Assembly: GCA_043775015.1 (NCBI GenBank)
Contig: JAYVSV010000098.1
Span: forward strand, 7,501-71,500
Direction of reading: 5' to 3'
Length of the DNA stretch: 64,000 bases
Origin: Verrucomicrobiota bacterium
Lineage (GTDB): Bacteria > Verrucomicrobiota > Verrucomicrobiia > Limisphaerales > CANJXF01
The notes below the pieces were generated by a model, which was not told where the DNA came from, searched no databases, and worked only from the letters and a program-made list of their open reading frames with translations. Positions 61,502 through 64,000 of this stretch are shown here, in pieces. How positions within the stretch are numbered: position 1 is the first letter of the stretch; each line of letters opens with the position of its first letter. The position numbers and the translations under genes were made by a program.

Positions 61502-62524
61502 ATGAAAATCAAGTCGCTAAAAAGTTTAATTCTCGTGCTAACCTTGCTCGCACTGTTCGCTGGCAAGGCGGGCGAAAATTCCGCTCGCCCCACCGTCGGC
61601 AGCGTCGCTCCAATCAAGCAAGCCAAAGACACGGTGCGCGTGGCTGTCGCGCAGATGACCATCAAGCCGGATGAATTAAAGCCGGGTCTGGACACCGTGG
61701 ACGCGCTGTTGCCGTGGATCAAACGCGCCGCCGCCCAGAAGGCCGACCTCGTGGTGTTCCCCGAGTATTTGCTCGGTGCGTTTCATTTGCCGGATTCGTT
61801 GACCGACAAATTGTGCGCGGTCGCCAAGACAAATAATTTGAACATCGTCGTCGGCGGCTGGGAATTTTTGCCCGGCTTTAAAATTCAACACCCGCCCGCC
61901 CCCAACACTTACGCCAACTCCGTGCTCGTCGTCAGTCGTGACGGAAAAGTTGTGGGCAAGCATTACAAGATGCACGCCGCTGTCGGGTCAAGTTCGCCCT
62001 ACAACTGGCCGCCTGATCCCGGAGAGCGTGGCGAGCAGACGATGATTCCCGGCACCGAGAACGCCGTCGTGGATTTGGACTTTGGCCGCATCGGTTTGCT
62101 GACTTGCTACGATGGATACTTTTTCGAGAGTTTTGAAATGCCTTCCCTACGCGGTGCCGAAGTGTTGATTTGGGTCAACTCGCGTCCCGGCATGGTAGAG
62201 CCGCACATCATCAAAGCCGCGAGCTTCATCACTTGCACGCACGTCGTGGCGGTGAACCAATCCATCGGTTGCGGCTCGGCCATCTGCGCGTATCCGGGCT
62301 GGGCGTTGTCAGCGGTGGCGGAAAAGTTGGGCGAGGAAAAGTTAATTGTCGCCGATCTGAATCTGGTGGAAATCCGTCAGCAACGTCTGAACAACCGCAT
62401 GTTTCACCAACGTCGCCCGGAAATTTACACGCCCATCACCCAAGCGTGGCAGCCGTGGGACGCGTATCCTGACGTGAAACCATTCCATTACGACTCAACG
62501 AATACAGCAAATGCGCAGCGGTAG
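61502..62524 (+). CDS. Secreted carbon-nitrogen hydrolase (nitrilase superfamily) protein
   Basis: Signal peptide MKIKSLKSLILVLTLLALFA. The E-K-C triad context is VVFPEY, HYKMH and LLTCYDG. Trimmed to the ATG at 61502. Confidence 0.8.
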   Translation: MKIKSLKSLILVLTLLALFAGKAGENSARPTVGSVAPIKQAKDTVRVAVAQMTIKPDELKPGLDTVDALLPWIKRAAAQKADLVVFPEYLLGAFHLPDSLTDKLCAVAKTNNLNIVVGGWEFLPGFKIQHPPAPNTYANSVLVVSRDGKVVGKHYKMHAAVGSSSPYNWPPDPGERGEQTMIPGTENAVVDLDFGRIGLLTCYDGYFFESFEMPSLRGAEVLIWVNSRPGMVEPHIIKAASFITCTHVVAVNQSIGCGSAICAYPGWALSAVAEKLGEEKLIVADLNLVEIRQQRLNNRMFHQRRPEIYTPITQAWQPWDAYPDVKPFHYDSTNTANAQR

Positions 62525-62594
62525 TTTTTTGGGCCCCAATCCGGCGCGCGCCAAATTTCCAGTTAATTTCCCGATAAAACTCATTCGCCATGCT

Positions 62595-62828
62595 CTACCA
62601 TTTCACGGAAAAAATTTTATCCCAGCGCGAGGTGAAAGTTTGGGAACGCCGCTTCGCGCCGACTTTCCATTCGTGCTCAAAACCTTGCGCGGCGAATTGG
62701 ATTTTGTTGCAGCCAAATTTTTTGTTCAAGGAATCAACCGTTTTGATGGCGCGTTCGTTGCGTTGCCGATTTTCAATCGGCGCAAATAAATCCTGCGGCA
62801 CTTCGTGATCCATTGAAGAAAAGTCCAC
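62595..62828 (-). pseudogene. UmuC (Y-family polymerase V) C-terminal fragment
   Basis: QDLFAPIE...AIKTVDSLNKKFGCNKIQFAAQGFEHEWKVGAKRRSQTFTSRWDKIFSV aligns by eye to the last ~65 aa of E. coli UmuC. The upstream frame is closed by a stop. Confidence 0.7.
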
Positions 62829-63100
62829 CGATGGGTCTTGTTGAAAGAAAGAACTGGTTGGAAAATAAAAAACCGTTAAAGCATGAGGGATCGTTCCAAT
62901 TTTGGAAGCTGCAATTAAAAGGCAACCGCATTCTCACCAAAGGTAGTTCCGACCCCGCAAATATTACTGAAAACGCTGGAAAATTTGCTCAATAAAACCT
63001 CAAAAGTTCAGCCTGCCATTCTCACTTTTATTCTCACTTTGGTTTTATTGAAAATTCAAATGTGCTATAAACCATTGATTTCATTGGTCGAAATAGAGGT

Positions 63101-63174
63101 TGGAGCGGGTGAAGGGAATCGAACCCTCGTCTCAGCCTTGGGAAGGCCACATTCTACCATTGAACCACACCCGC
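63101..63174 (-). tRNA. tRNA-Gly (anticodon CCC), CCA encoded
   Basis: The reverse complement is gcgggtg-tg-gttcaatggtagaat-g-tggcc-ttCCCaa-ggctg-agac-gagggttcgattccctt-cacccgc-t-cca. Confidence 0.92.
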
Positions 63175-63548
63175 GCTACGTGTCCGAATTCGTAACATTT
63201 GAGCGTTTTTTTCGCAAGCTATTGCTAGAGTTTTATCAGAATCACTGCTCTTGTGTTGTGTCGTTTCGCTGATTTTATTTTCCGATCGCAGGTGATCGGC
63301 TGAGCGCAATTACCATTACATGTTGTCCCATTTTGGTAGCCCTCTCGCTTCGGGGGAATCTCCGTTAGTAGCCAATTTTGATTAATTCCTGCAAAATGAA
63401 TATCTTTTGTGGCCTTTTAAGCTGGATATTCGTCTGGCATCCACTCTGCTGAATGCGCATGGAGTTTTTAAGCTCCTGACAAAAGACCTTGAATTTCAGG
63501 GTTCATTTTTTGTTGCTTAAATAGCTAAGTATTCAGAAACGAGAATTT

Positions 63549-64000
63549 ATGAGTTGTATAAATCCAGTTTTAACTAACGCAAATCCAACTGCTCGAAAAT
63601 TTGGGATGATGCGTTCTGCGTCAAGCGTCCATGTAATTTTCGGAATCTTAGGCTTGTTGGCAATGGTTCTGCCCAAAGACGTCGATGCAGTTGGTTTTCG
63701 TCTTCCTAACCAAGACCCGGAAGCGATTGCTCGAGGGAACGCGTTTACCGCCACTGCCGATAATCCTTCTGCGATTTATTACAACCCGGCTGGAATCACT
63801 CAATTAAAAGGAGAAAACTTGAGCGCGGGACTCTATTTAATTTCTGCGAGCACCGAGTTCACTTCATCCAGCGGAGCCAAAGCCGAAACCGACGCAAGTT
63901 TTCAACCCGTGCCTCAGTTGTATTATGTGAATTCCCTTGAAAACACACCAATTTCCTTTGGCCTTGGTGTTTACGCGCCTTATGGATTGGGGATTGATTG
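63549..64000 (+). CDS. Outer-membrane transport protein (OMPP1/FadL/TodX family), 5' partial
   Basis: This open frame runs off the window, so it is absent from the ORF track. After a signal peptide it reads GFRLPNQDPEAIARGNAFTATADNPSAIYYNPAGIT. The likely start is the ATG at 63606. Confidence 0.8.
   Translation, partial: MSCINPVLTNANPTARKFGMMRSASSVHVIFGILGLLAMVLPKDVDAVGFRLPNQDPEAIARGNAFTATADNPSAIYYNPAGITQLKGENLSAGLYLISASTEFTSSSGAKAETDASFQPVPQLYYVNSLENTPISFGLGVYAPYGLGID

Larger units (their letters stand above)
36092..63134. mobile_element. Degenerate integrative (ICE-like?) genomic island at tRNA-Gly
   Basis: Bounded by direct repeats of the tRNA-Gly 3' end. Integrase, coupling-ATPase and umuC remnants sit at the edges. 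The interior looks GC-shifted. Confidence 0.65.

Noticed and set aside
62813-63272. 60-aa and 95-aa plus-strand ORFs near the island end
   Set aside because: One overlaps the tRNA-Gly gene itself, the other lies in the decayed umuC-upstream region. Neither has motifs.

Overview
This 64-kb chromosomal window most likely comes from a PVC-superphylum genome, probably Verrucomicrobiota. That taxon call is an inference from two proteins typical of the group: a giant Pirellula/Verrucomicrobium-type 'membrane-bound dehydrogenase plus CxxCH heme-binding' protein and a prepilin-leader pseudopilin-like protein. All domain calls come from reading motifs by eye and from memory; no searches were run.

Positions 1 to 36.1 kb are backbone. 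They carry obg-rpmA-rplU, ffh, tRNA-Tyr, dnaA with a candidate oriC, glnB, mogA, folC, dinG, dus and glpT. Interspersed with these are:
- a four-gene ACAD10/11-like (lva-like) cluster;
- a ParE/RelE toxin-antitoxin cassette bracketed by direct repeats;
- an apparently circularly permuted ACP-like membrane protein;
- several GC-rich palindromic intergenic elements.

Positions 36.09 to 63.17 kb form an island of about 27 kb that looks richer in G+C. It is bounded by an intact tRNA-Gly(CCC) and a 34-nt direct repeat of that tRNA's 3' end. Decayed integrase, conjugative-ATPase, sulfatase and umuC fragments sit at its edges.

The island cargo is the most interesting part of the window. A beta-propeller/Y_Y_Y sensor kinase and a LuxR-type regulator precede a pseudopilin-like protein, a LamG protein and three tandem paralogous HxH metallohydrolase-like proteins. 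These converge on a formylglycine-type sulfatase and two giant glycoside-hydrolase-like proteins. The two giants and the middle metallohydrolase paralogue share a recurring module of about 130 aa that I cannot name. A secreted nitrilase-superfamily enzyme is also present. I read this as a horizontally acquired, sensor-controlled glycan-degradation system, possibly for sulfated glycans, built largely from uncharacterised families.

I found no rRNA, CRISPR array or intact transposase.
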